This document shows, one piece after another, positions 52,051 to 60,950 of a DNA stretch of 64,000 nt. Position 1 is the first letter of the stretch; each line of letters begins with the position of its first letter. Below the pieces are notes generated by a model. That model saw nothing but the letters and a program-made list of their open reading frames with translations, searched no databases and was not told the origin of the DNA. The DNA is from an uncultured candidatus Porisulfidus sp. (GTDB taxonomy: Bacteria; Pseudomonadota; Gammaproteobacteria; Poriferisulfidales; Oxydemutatoraceae): positions 1,773,309 through 1,837,308 of the forward strand of contig OZ244118.1 of assembly GCA_965215765.1 (NCBI GenBank), written 5' to 3'. The position numbers and the translations under genes are program-made.

Positions 52051-53351
52051 TACTTCACCTCGGCTACTACAGTTTCTGTGGTCTCAAGGCCGGTTCGCTT
52101 TGTCAGAGCGTCAAAGATGTTCAAAACCACATCAACATTGACCGCGTTTCCAAGCACCTTGTACGCATCGTTCTTCGAGTCTGGAAGGTGTTTAAGTCCG
52201 CCCATACTTTGCAGTCGGCTGCATTCGCGTGGTGTCATGTAACGCTTTTGCGATGCCGCTATCGGCACCTGGCTGGTGGTCATCGCGATAAGCGATGGGG
52301 CAGTGTCTTCCCTCTTCACGCGGATGCCGCTTGCCCGGAATTGAAGCAGGTGCTTCCAAATATTCCGCTCGCTGCCTTTGCAGTTCCATTCAAGCTTCTG
52401 GAAACTCGGCGGAAAACCCCTGATCTTGTGTAGCCAGCCATCGATCTGATCCTGATGACGGTCGTAAAAACACCGGTTCTTTTGAATGAAGCTAATCTTC
52501 CAGTCGGGGAACTTGTCCATCTCCGTTCGGGCATAGCCAGGAAGCGCATCCTTAACAACCTCGGGTGACAAGCTTTTAAGGGGTTGCCCGAATGCACCCT
52601 TGAAAACATCCAGCCCTGTATAGCCGCGCTTGTGGGGTGTCAAGCCGTCAAGCGGGTAGTCAGCCCCGAATTCCATTGCCCAGATAGGAAATGACGGAAG
52701 GTCTTCGTTCACTGGAAAGGCTGCGATGAATTCCTGCCAGGTTTCGAGATAAGCGATGTGTTTTTCATTCAGCGTGTGCTCATCTTCGGGGTCTTTATCA
52801 AGGATTGTGTGTATTGACGTCTCCGGAAAAGCGTCCGGCACCGGCCACTTGAACCCACTCAGCCCCTGTCGATCACCGACGATGAAGGCGCGCTCCCGTT
52901 TTTGCGGAATCCCGAACATATGGGGGGACAATTTCTCATGGCTTATGTCGTAGTCCTCACGAAGTTGAGAACACACGGTTTTCCACGTCTCACCCCCCTT
53001 ATGCTTTATCAGATTTGGCACATTTTCGATGATGAAATAGCGCGGCTGCTTGAGCGTCAGGATCTTGACAACATAGTCAAAGAGATCTCCCCATTGTGGG
53101 CATTCCAATCCCTTTTGATCTCCTGCTTTGGAGAAAGGCTGGCATGGAAAACCTGCGCAAAGAACGTCGTGCTCGGGAATAGACGAAGGGTGGACATCGC
53201 GAATATCGCGGTGCGCCCGAATGCCGAAGTTCTTTTCGTATAGGCTTGAAAGATGAGTGTTGAGTTCGGACGCAAAAACGCACTCCGCTCCGCGCTTAAT
53301 TAACGCTTGATGAAAACCGCCTAGGCCAGCGAAAAGATCAATGAATTTCAT
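52050..53351 (-). CDS. DNA (cytosine-5) methyltransferase, now orphan
   Basis: FIDLFAGLGGF, LCAGFPCQPFSKAG, IENVPNL, GIPQKRERAF, QFRASGIRVK, TPRECSRLQ, LGNAVNV. Confidence 0.95.
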   Translation of the reverse strand: MKFIDLFAGLGGFHQALIKRGAECVFASELNTHLSSLYEKNFGIRAHRDIRDVHPSSIPEHDVLCAGFPCQPFSKAGDQKGLECPQWGDLFDYVVKILTLKQPRYFIIENVPNLIKHKGGETWKTVCSQLREDYDISHEKLSPHMFGIPQKRERAFIVGDRQGLSGFKWPVPDAFPETSIHTILDKDPEDEHTLNEKHIAYLETWQEFIAAFPVNEDLPSFPIWAMEFGADYPLDGLTPHKRGYTGLDVFKGAFGQPLKSLSPEVVKDALPGYARTEMDKFPDWKISFIQKNRCFYDRHQDQIDGWLHKIRGFPPSFQKLEWNCKGSERNIWKHLLQFRASGIRVKREDTAPSLIAMTTSQVPIAASQKRYMTPRECSRLQSMGGLKHLPDSKNDAYKVLGNAVNVDVVLNIFDALTKRTGLETTETVVAEVK

Positions 53352-53671
53352 TTAACTGGATTACCCGACTTTTCCATTCATCATACACTCGCAAGTTGAA
53401 AGCTAGTACAGGCAAGGCACCGGTTCTCAACTCACAAGGTTCTGTAAACAGCAGTGTTTACGCGGAAAGAAGGTGCAGTCAGGAAGGTCGCTGAAATCAC
53501 AAACGCTGCCCCGAGGCATCTACGAGCGAAGCCCCTTATTTTTAACCGCGAAAAACGCGAAAGTCAGTATTTGCAATCCTGCTGCGCAGGTGGGGTAGCA
53601 GGTGGGGTAGAGTAGTCAAAAAATTTTGCCGGGTTTACCAAAGTCATCTTGGGCAACAGGAGGAAGTTAAG

Positions 53672-54262
53672 ATGAAATCCATTTCAGTTGGACTGGCTCT
53701 CTTGGTCGCGGCTTTCGTGTTGCCGGCAGCTTACGGAGGTTCCTCCAAGTCTGCTTCGCCGGAAAACTCTCGAACATTGAACAAAAGTTACGATGATGTG
53801 TGGCGCACTGTTGGCAACTATGTCAGCACCTCCTCATTCGTAATTGATGATTTCGAGAAAGACTCAGGTTTGATCACATTTTCTTTCGGACAAAGCGACA
53901 TCTCGAAGTACGTCGATTGTGGGCAGTGGACTGAACCAAAATCCAGGTGGGGTAACTCCGAATCCAGGTTCGAAGGGCACTACGCTGACTATCTTGAGCA
54001 CTCTTCCAAAGGAACCCTGTCAGGAAAGATGAATATTTCTGTTCGAGAGATATCTGAATACAAAACCTCTGTAAAAACAGATGCTCAATATATTCTTACC
54101 GCTTTTTTCTACAACCCTCTAAACTACCTGAATCCTGTCCGAATCACTTGGGGTTTTAGCAGTGGCAGTTACGAAGATGATGGCTATGGTGGTGCCACCC
54201 ACAGATGCCAACCCACGTATTTTCTGGAAAAGAGCATCCTGGACGCAGCGTCGTCAGACTAA
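53672..54262 (+). CDS. exported hypothetical protein, lipoprotein-family paralog 2 (lipobox Cys absent)
   Basis: Near-identical to 46769-47359, within a ~1 kb direct repeat (about 46586-47591 vs 53489-54494). Confidence 0.8.
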   Translation: MKSISVGLALLVAAFVLPAAYGGSSKSASPENSRTLNKSYDDVWRTVGNYVSTSSFVIDDFEKDSGLITFSFGQSDISKYVDCGQWTEPKSRWGNSESRFEGHYADYLEHSSKGTLSGKMNISVREISEYKTSVKTDAQYILTAFFYNPLNYLNPVRITWGFSSGSYEDDGYGGATHRCQPTYFLEKSILDAASSD

Positions 54263-54334
54263 AACATCCTCCCAACCAATCCTTCTTTGGCTTAAAAATC
54301 TTTGGGTCAGTTGGTCAACGCCAGAAACGTGAGT

Positions 54335-54410
54335 TGGCGCGCCCGGCAGGATTCGAACCTGCGACTTCTGCCTCCGGAGGGCAGCGCTCTATCCACTGAG
54401 CTACGGGCGC
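54335..54410 (-). tRNA. tRNA-Arg(CCG)
   Basis: GCGCCCGTAGCTCAGTGGATAGAGCGCTGCCCTCCGGAGGCAGAAGTCGCAGGTTCGAATCCTGCCGGGCGCGCCA. Confidence 0.95.
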
Positions 54411-54823
54411 ACAAAAGGGGAGCTTGGCTGATCCACAAGGTGCAGATCCAGGCACATGCAACTAATAGTGAACATTAGGCTCCAAGGTGCTTATAGCCGG
54501 GATTCCATTACGCGAAAAGAAAACTCACGAACGATACAGCCCCAGCCTTGTTCAGCTCGTTCAGCAAGGTGCACGCGCAGAGAGAAAATTATCCTGCAAA
54601 AAGACGAAATCGGTAGTGTGCATTTACCAGTCGCTGAAGTCACAAACGCTGCTCCGAGACACCCACAAGCGAAGCCTTTTATTTTTAACCGCGAAAGGCG
54701 CAAAAATCGTGAAAATCGGTATTTGCAACCCGGTTGTGTAGTCGTGATTAGTAGATAGTGTAAAGTAGCTGAAAATTTTTGCCAAGTTTCCCAAGGTCAC
54801 CTGAGCGTTAGGAGGAAGTTAAG

Positions 54824-55477
54824 ATGAAATACATTTTAGTTGGATTGGTTCTTTTGGTCGCAGCTTGCGGAGGTTACGCCAATCCTGCCCTGTCGGAATA
54901 CTCTATGCCTGCTGAATCGAAAACGCCGGAGTATTTTCGAACTTTGAACAAAAGTTATGATGATGTGTGGCACTCTGTTATCAACTACGTCAGTGCTACG
55001 TCATTCGCAATTGATGATTTCGAGAAAGAATCGGGTCTAATCACACTTACTTTCGGGCAGAGTGACATCTCCAAGTATGTCGATTGTGGGCAGTTGAACA
55101 TAACAAAGCACGAGTATAATACAGCCGGTTTCGCGACCAAAATGAAGTTTGAAGGGAGCTACACTGACTACCTTGTGAGCTACTCTGACGCTACCCTATC
55201 GGGAAAGATGAATATTTCTGTAAGAGAGGTGTCTGAAAACAAATCTTGGCTGTTTTTCGGAGACGACAAAACCTATGTAAGGGCTAATGTTCTGTATATT
55301 CTTAGAGCTTCCCCCCTTTTTAGTTCTTTTTCCTACACTTGGAATTTTGTTAGTGGTAGCAGTGATATAGAAACGAGAGGATATGATGACACCATCAACT
55401 ATGGCACTGACGTCATCAAGTGCCAGCCTACATATTTTCTGGAAAAAAGCATTTTGGACGCTGCGACGGCAAACTAA
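54824..55477 (+). CDS. lipoprotein, diverged paralog 3 (intact lipobox VAAC)
   Basis: MKYILVGLVLLVAA|CGG lipobox; same RBS and core motifs as paralogs 1 and 2. Confidence 0.82.
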   Translation: MKYILVGLVLLVAACGGYANPALSEYSMPAESKTPEYFRTLNKSYDDVWHSVINYVSATSFAIDDFEKESGLITLTFGQSDISKYVDCGQLNITKHEYNTAGFATKMKFEGSYTDYLVSYSDATLSGKMNISVREVSENKSWLFFGDDKTYVRANVLYILRASPLFSSFSYTWNFVSGSSDIETRGYDDTINYGTDVIKCQPTYFLEKSILDAATAN

Positions 55478-55603
55478 GACACCCTTACAGCCAATCCCTC
55501 TTTGGCTTAAAAACCTTTGGAGCTGTTAGTCGACGCCAGAAACATGGGGCAGCTTCTCAAAATCGCGGCAGACGCATGGCTAAAAAAACGGAGGTCTAAT
55601 TAA

Positions 55604-56470
55604 GTGGGAACATCAAGTCGATATATTGGCCCTAAACACGGGGTGGATGATGAACCTGCTGATGGAAGAGGCACCCCCAACCCTACGCCGACTGCTACGG
55701 GCGCAGGAAACGGAGGCGATGCTGGAGCAGACAAAATCGCTGCGCCGAATAACGTGGCACTTGGCACGTCTTCGCTGCCCATAGCACTCGCCTCCCAGCC
55801 AACGGTTCCGTTCAGTAAGGCAAGACGTGATTTCACAAGGTTCACGAAAACAGGGGACAAGCAGGCACTTTTCCGTGCAATTTCAGGGTACGTTAAGAGT
55901 TCAGGCGGTTTAAGAGGTGTCCTTCGTAGGATGCGGAGTTCAATCAAAATCGCACTTGGCTTCGCTTCGCTTGCTTTGAGTTTCGCGCGAGTTGGACCAG
56001 TGGAAGCACTACGCCGCTTCAAGCTACAGGACTTGGCTGGGAAGCCTGCGTCCGAAGTCTTCGAACGATTGGTAGATGAACTCTGTCATGAAGGTGGCAC
56101 GCTTGACGAAGCCGTGGCTCGAAATGCCTTTATCGACATCATCAAAGCATTTGCCGAGCAGGAAGTTGTCAATTTCGATCAGCTGACACCATATCTAATG
56201 AAGGAACTCCTTGCCGAATTGATAACTAACTGCATCGTCAGTAAGGTGCTCAGCGAAATCGGGACGAACAGCCTACATAGTTCGGCGAATGATAATCTTT
56301 GCCGCAAAGCTGAAGCCGCACTGAGAAAACATACGTCTGATGCGGTTTGCAGCAAACTCGTGGCTCCTCTTGATCCCTCCACATCCGCAGAGAGACTAGA
56401 AGCCATTATCAGTGAGATTTTCGTAGCATCTTTTGATACCCTTCAGTCGGGGTTGGAGGAGAAGTCCTGA
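55604..56470 (+). CDS. qatB: Qat anti-phage system protein QatB
   Basis: MGTSS..GP N-terminus, P/A-rich linker, FSKARRDFTRF, GGTLDEAVARNA; directly upstream of QueC-like and TatD genes. Confidence 0.78.
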   Translation: MGTSSRYIGPKHGVDDEPADGRGTPNPTPTATGAGNGGDAGADKIAAPNNVALGTSSLPIALASQPTVPFSKARRDFTRFTKTGDKQALFRAISGYVKSSGGLRGVLRRMRSSIKIALGFASLALSFARVGPVEALRRFKLQDLAGKPASEVFERLVDELCHEGGTLDEAVARNAFIDIIKAFAEQEVVNFDQLTPYLMKELLAELITNCIVSKVLSEIGTNSLHSSANDNLCRKAEAALRKHTSDAVCSKLVAPLDPSTSAERLEAIISEIFVASFDTLQSGLEEKS

Positions 56471-56490
56471 AAGGAGCCAAGAAATATGAG

Positions 56491-57828
56491 TTGTGTGTGA
56501 GGCTCGGAGAACACGATGATCCGCCTACAAGCGTTATCAAAGACCTCGAAAACGTCAAGTACCTCGATCTTATTGATACGACCGGCAAACTCGGCTGTGG
56601 CGTCGGAAAGTTCATCCAATCGCTAGAGAAGCACGGTGGATCGCTTGAAGAGTCCGCTGTTGATCTGCTGGTCGTTGCCTTAGCGGTCGACCTGTGCGAC
56701 AAAAGTTTCTCACGCCGTGAGACCTATGATCGATGGACCAGAGACTTCTTGGTGTACATCCCTGTCTCTGATCCCTCGCTATGGACGGATGCAACCGAGC
56801 ATTTATCCAAGATGCTCAAGTTTCTGACGGGTGATTCTTGGTCATTCAAGTTCAGGCCGCGTCCCGACAAACATGGGCAACTTACCGAGGAACAAAGGAA
56901 GCTCGATCTTACCGCATACCATCAAGTGTCACTGTTTTCCGGAGGACTCGACAGTCTCATTGGAGCCATCAACCTAATCACCAAAGGCGAAAAACCACTA
57001 CTCATCGCCCACTACTGGGATGTCCAGACGGCATCAGCACAAAAAGACTTGCGCGCCGAAATGAAGAAAAAATTTGGGGGGAACTCCTTTGCGATAGTTC
57101 GCGGGCGTATTGGTGCAGACAAAGTTGTTCTGGAAGGCGCAGGGTCGGAAAACACACACCGCTCACGGAGCTTCTTGTTCTACTCGATGGCGGCGGCGGC
57201 GGCGACCCTGCCAACCACGAATACTGTATTGATACCGGAAAACGGGTTTATCGCTTTGAATGTACCTATGGAACGTATGCGACTAGGGGCATTGAGCACC
57301 CGTACCACCCACCCGCACTTTATTGGCTGCATGAACAGCTTAACCACCTCCATTGGAGTTCCGGCTGACTTTTCGAATCCTTATCGCTTCAAGACGAAGG
57401 GAGAAATGGCCGCAGAATGCGCCGACCGAGATTTCCTCTTTCAGGTATCCAAACATTCGATGTCCTGCTCCTCCTCCGGGAAAGCATGTTGGCATAAAAA
57501 GCCACCGCAGCACTGCGGATACTGTGTGCCATGCCTGATCCGGCGTGCAGCACTGTTGGCTGGGTTGTCGGGTAAAGATCCCACAGATTACCTTCTGCAA
57601 GATCTGAGGGAAAAGGCTTGGGATTCGAGAAAAGCCAAAGGTCGTGACATCCGCTCGTTTCTTTTTGCTTCGCGGACAATTATGAGAGCACCAAGAAAAG
57701 CAAAGTTTTTTGTAAGGAAACCCGGACCCCTGCCCGCAGATGACGTGGAGAAGTATGCCAGAATGTACCGGCGTGGTATGGCTGAAGTTGCCAAACTCCT
57801 GAAAGGCGTGAGGTCAGGTGGTGGATGA
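56491..57828 (+). CDS. qatC: Qat anti-phage system QueC-like protein QatC
   Basis: PP-loop LFSGGLDS, RSRSFLF, PENGFIALNVP, STRTTHP, NPYRFKTKGEM, HCGYCVPCLIRRAA. An in-frame CTG at 56467 may be the real start. Confidence 0.9.
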   Translation: MCVRLGEHDDPPTSVIKDLENVKYLDLIDTTGKLGCGVGKFIQSLEKHGGSLEESAVDLLVVALAVDLCDKSFSRRETYDRWTRDFLVYIPVSDPSLWTDATEHLSKMLKFLTGDSWSFKFRPRPDKHGQLTEEQRKLDLTAYHQVSLFSGGLDSLIGAINLITKGEKPLLIAHYWDVQTASAQKDLRAEMKKKFGGNSFAIVRGRIGADKVVLEGAGSENTHRSRSFLFYSMAAAAATLPTTNTVLIPENGFIALNVPMERMRLGALSTRTTHPHFIGCMNSLTTSIGVPADFSNPYRFKTKGEMAAECADRDFLFQVSKHSMSCSSSGKACWHKKPPQHCGYCVPCLIRRAALLAGLSGKDPTDYLLQDLREKAWDSRKAKGRDIRSFLFASRTIMRAPRKAKFFVRKPGPLPADDVEKYARMYRRGMAEVAKLLKGVRSGGG

Positions 57829-58636
57829 TCTGAATCTCGTCGATTTTCACTGCCATCTCGATCTTCATCAAGATATGGAAGCAGCCTTCCGACGCTGTGA
57901 CGAGATCGGATGCACAACATTTACCGTGACGACAACTCCGAGAACCTATCCTCGCAATATTGAGTTCGCGAACCGCACGGATCACGTCAAAGCTGCACTG
58001 GGTCTTCATCCGCAATTAGTCGCAAAACTGGGCAAAGAGATCGCTCTTTTTGAGGAGTTAGCGAAGACGACTCAGTGCATCGGAGAAATTGGACTCGACG
58101 CAAGCCGAGCTCACTACGCATCATTCGAACAACAAAGAGAGGTCTTCGAAAAGGCACTACTAATTTGCGCATCACAGGGTGAGAAAGTGATCAGCATTCA
58201 CAGTGTCAGGTGTGCCCGACAGGTTCTGGACTATATCGAGGCAACAGCAGTTTTCCAGTCTAATGTCGTTGTCCTTCATTGGTTTTCTGCGAGCAAAACG
58301 GAACTTAAAAGGGCTATCGATCTTGGCTGTTGGTTCTCAGTAAACGAACAAATGTTGAAATCAGTGTCCGGGCAAAATGTGGTGGCAATGTCTCCCCGGG
58401 ATCGGCTTCTCACGGAGACAGACGCTCCGTTTATACGGGTCGGGGACAGACTCGCTCGTGGGGGCGAAGTTCGAGGTGCGCTGAAAAAGATCGCCGAAAT
58501 ATGGGGGCAAGACATCGGTGCTGTAGCTGCCAAAATAGTTGCCAATGCAAAAAATGCTCTCGGCTGCGTGAGAAACCAAGCTTGTGTAATATCCCAAAGG
58601 ACAGTCTCTGCGATGCGGCGGACGGCCACTTTGTAA
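57818..58636 (+). CDS. qatD: Qat anti-phage system TatD-family nuclease QatD
   Basis: VDFHCHLDL, TVTTTP, ALGLHPQL, IGEIGLD, SIHSVR, VLHWFS, LLTETDAPF. Confidence 0.9.
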   Translation: MVDDLNLVDFHCHLDLHQDMEAAFRRCDEIGCTTFTVTTTPRTYPRNIEFANRTDHVKAALGLHPQLVAKLGKEIALFEELAKTTQCIGEIGLDASRAHYASFEQQREVFEKALLICASQGEKVISIHSVRCARQVLDYIEATAVFQSNVVVLHWFSASKTELKRAIDLGCWFSVNEQMLKSVSGQNVVAMSPRDRLLTETDAPFIRVGDRLARGGEVRGALKKIAEIWGQDIGAVAAKIVANAKNALGCVRNQACVISQRTVSAMRRTATL

Positions 58637-58707
58637 CGAGATCTCCACTTAGGTTTGAAATTGTTAACCCGGCGAAGCAAGCATTGTCACTTAAATTCTT
58701 GAAAAAC

Positions 58708-58783
58708 TGGCGCGCCCGGCAGGATTCGAACCTGCGACTTCTGCCTCCGGAGGGCAGCGCTCTATCCACTGAGCTACGGGCGC
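58708..58783 (-). tRNA. tRNA-Arg(CCG), probable native copy
   Basis: Identical to 54335-54410; its upstream flank continues into the cytochrome c5 intergenic region. Confidence 0.95.
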
Positions 58784-58910
58784 ACAAAAGGGGAGCTTGG
58801 CTGATCCACAAGGTGCAGATCCAGGCACATGCAACTAATAGTGAACATTAGGCTCCAAGGTGCTTATAATCAGGGCTTCATTATAACCTTCGTGACAGGA
58901 GTCTTTCTTT

Positions 58911-59747
58911 ATGGATGACAAACATTTTTACCAGCAGTTTTCTGTTCTGGTGGTTTTCATGATCGTAACAGTGGCAGTGATTCTCATCATTGCTCGCTTG
59001 CTTAGTGGCGGGCCTGGCAATATCAGCGTCATGCAGACTATGGCAATTGAGGAACGGATCAAGCCATTGGGGTCGGTCTTTACGGGCGTACCCCCGGTAG
59101 CAAAAGCTTCGGCTCCCGGCAGTGCGGTTGCTGCTGCGGGACAGGGAGGTGCCGGGGTTGGCAAAAGTACTTATGAGCAGGTGTGTGCTGCGTGCCATGT
59201 CAGTGGTGTCGCCGGTGCTCCGAAGTTTGGCGACAAAGCGGCCTGGGAACCTCGTATCGCTACGGGCATGGGTACCTTGTACAAGGCGGCTTTGGAAGGT
59301 CTGAACGCCATGCCTGCCAAGGGTGGCCGTACGGACTTGCCTGATGCCGACATAAAAGCGGCAGTGGATTACATGGTTCAAGACGTACATGGAACAGCGA
59401 CCGATGCAGACGCAGGAAGCATGGCTGAAAAGAAGGTCGCAGGCGCAGGAAGCATGGCTGAAAAGAAGGTAGCTGCCGCTGCGCCGACCACAGCAGCAGG
59501 GGGTTCAAAAAAAGGCAAAGAGACCTACACTCAGGCTTGCTCCGTATGCCATGCCGCTGGCATCGCCGGTGCTCCGAAGTTTGGCGACAAGGTGGCTTGG
59601 CAGCCACGCATCGCTACCGGCATGGCCGCCATGTACAAGGCGGCTTTGGAAGGTCTGAACGCCATGCCTCCCAAGGGTGGCCGCACGGACTTGCCTGATG
59701 CCGACGTAAAAGCGGCAGTGGACTACATGGTCAAAGCCGCGCAGTAA
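58911..59747 (+). CDS. membrane-anchored diheme cytochrome c5
   Basis: N-terminal TM, ERIKPLG, two c5 domains (CAACH, CSVCH; GAPKFGDK.AW.PRI; NAMP.KGG). The linker has a 33-bp tandem duplication (AGSMAEKKVAx twice). Confidence 0.92.
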   Translation: MDDKHFYQQFSVLVVFMIVTVAVILIIARLLSGGPGNISVMQTMAIEERIKPLGSVFTGVPPVAKASAPGSAVAAAGQGGAGVGKSTYEQVCAACHVSGVAGAPKFGDKAAWEPRIATGMGTLYKAALEGLNAMPAKGGRTDLPDADIKAAVDYMVQDVHGTATDADAGSMAEKKVAGAGSMAEKKVAAAAPTTAAGGSKKGKETYTQACSVCHAAGIAGAPKFGDKVAWQPRIATGMAAMYKAALEGLNAMPPKGGRTDLPDADVKAAVDYMVKAAQ

Positions 59748-60158
59748 AAATCAGTGCCTTTGGCTCATTCTTCCCTGTGCTGAAAACCCATCTTTCTGCA
59801 AGGAACAAAGCGACGACCGTCCCAGCCGGCATAGATCTGGTGAATGAGCAGAAACTGACTTGGTACCGCGCCGTTTGCAGTCGCGGGTCTCGATAAATTT
59901 CGACCCCCACCTTTCCACCATTGCGCTGACCGGAATATGACGTTGCGACAAGGCCTCGGCAAACATGAGACTCAGCCTTTGTCCCGAAACGGCTCATCTC
60001 TTGCTTCCGCTTGATGCCATGGAAAACTCCGGCACCTGAAAACCTGGCCGACTCATTGCATAAGTTTGCAAAGTTTTTTCAAAACTTTCGGTGTGCTTCT
60101 GCTCTGTTCATGAGCTTGCAATGCACTTCAAGGAAATTGACTTGGGGAGACTCGGCGA

Positions 60159-60950
60159 ATGGCAATTAATCGTTTAATCAAAAACGCGCGGCAAATAGAA
60201 AAAATGCGCACTGCCGGGAAGCTGGCGGCAAAAGTCCTTGAAGCGCTGGAAGGAAAAATCGTCCCGGGAACCAGCACGGAAGAGATCAATGTTTTTTGCC
60301 ACCGCTTTATCGTTGAGGAACTCGGTTGCATCCCTGCCCCTCTAAACTATAAGGGCTTTCCCAAGTCTGTCTGCACTTCGGTCAACCATCAGGTGTGCCA
60401 CGGAATTCCAGGGGAGAGGCGCTTAAGGTCTGGTGACATCATCAACGTTGATGTCACTGTTATCAAAGAAGGTTTTCACGGTGACACCAGTAAAATGTTT
60501 GCCGTCGGCAAACCAAGCGTGCTTGCCCGACGCCTTATGGAAATCACACATCACGCCATGTGGGAGGGAATAAGGCAGGTTGCGCCGGGAGCGAGGCTGG
60601 GAGACATTGGCCATGCCATTCAAAGCTTTGCCGAAAAAGCGAGGTTCAGCGTGGTTCGGGAATACTGCGGGCACGGAATCGGGTTGGGATTTCACGAGGA
60701 GCCCAGAATTCTTCACTACGGCACCCTGCGCAGCGGCAGCAAGATTCTCCCGGGGATGACCTTTACCATTGAACCCATGATCAACGCTGGCAAAAGGCAC
60801 GTGAGGTTGCTGCCTGACGGGTGGACCGTGGTCACCAAAGACCATTCTCTGTCGGCGCAATGGGAGCACACAATCCTGGCGACCGAAGAGGGTTACGAAG
60901 TGCTGACTTTGCGGCAGGAAGAGCACACTGACGTAGCGGAGCCGGGATGA
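60159..60950 (+). CDS. map: methionine aminopeptidase, type I
   Basis: FPKSVCTSVNHQVCHGIP, INVDVTV, HGDTSKM, YCGHGIG, FHEEP, FTIEPMIN, SAQWEHT. Confidence 0.98.
   Translation: MAINRLIKNARQIEKMRTAGKLAAKVLEALEGKIVPGTSTEEINVFCHRFIVEELGCIPAPLNYKGFPKSVCTSVNHQVCHGIPGERRLRSGDIINVDVTVIKEGFHGDTSKMFAVGKPSVLARRLMEITHHAMWEGIRQVAPGARLGDIGHAIQSFAEKARFSVVREYCGHGIGLGFHEEPRILHYGTLRSGSKILPGMTFTIEPMINAGKRHVRLLPDGWTVVTKDHSLSAQWEHTILATEEGYEVLTLRQEEHTDVAEPG

Noticed and set aside
46405-58880. Classical integron or intact prophage/ICE
   Set aside because: No integrase, no attC-like palindromes bounding cassettes that I could identify, and no phage or conjugation genes.
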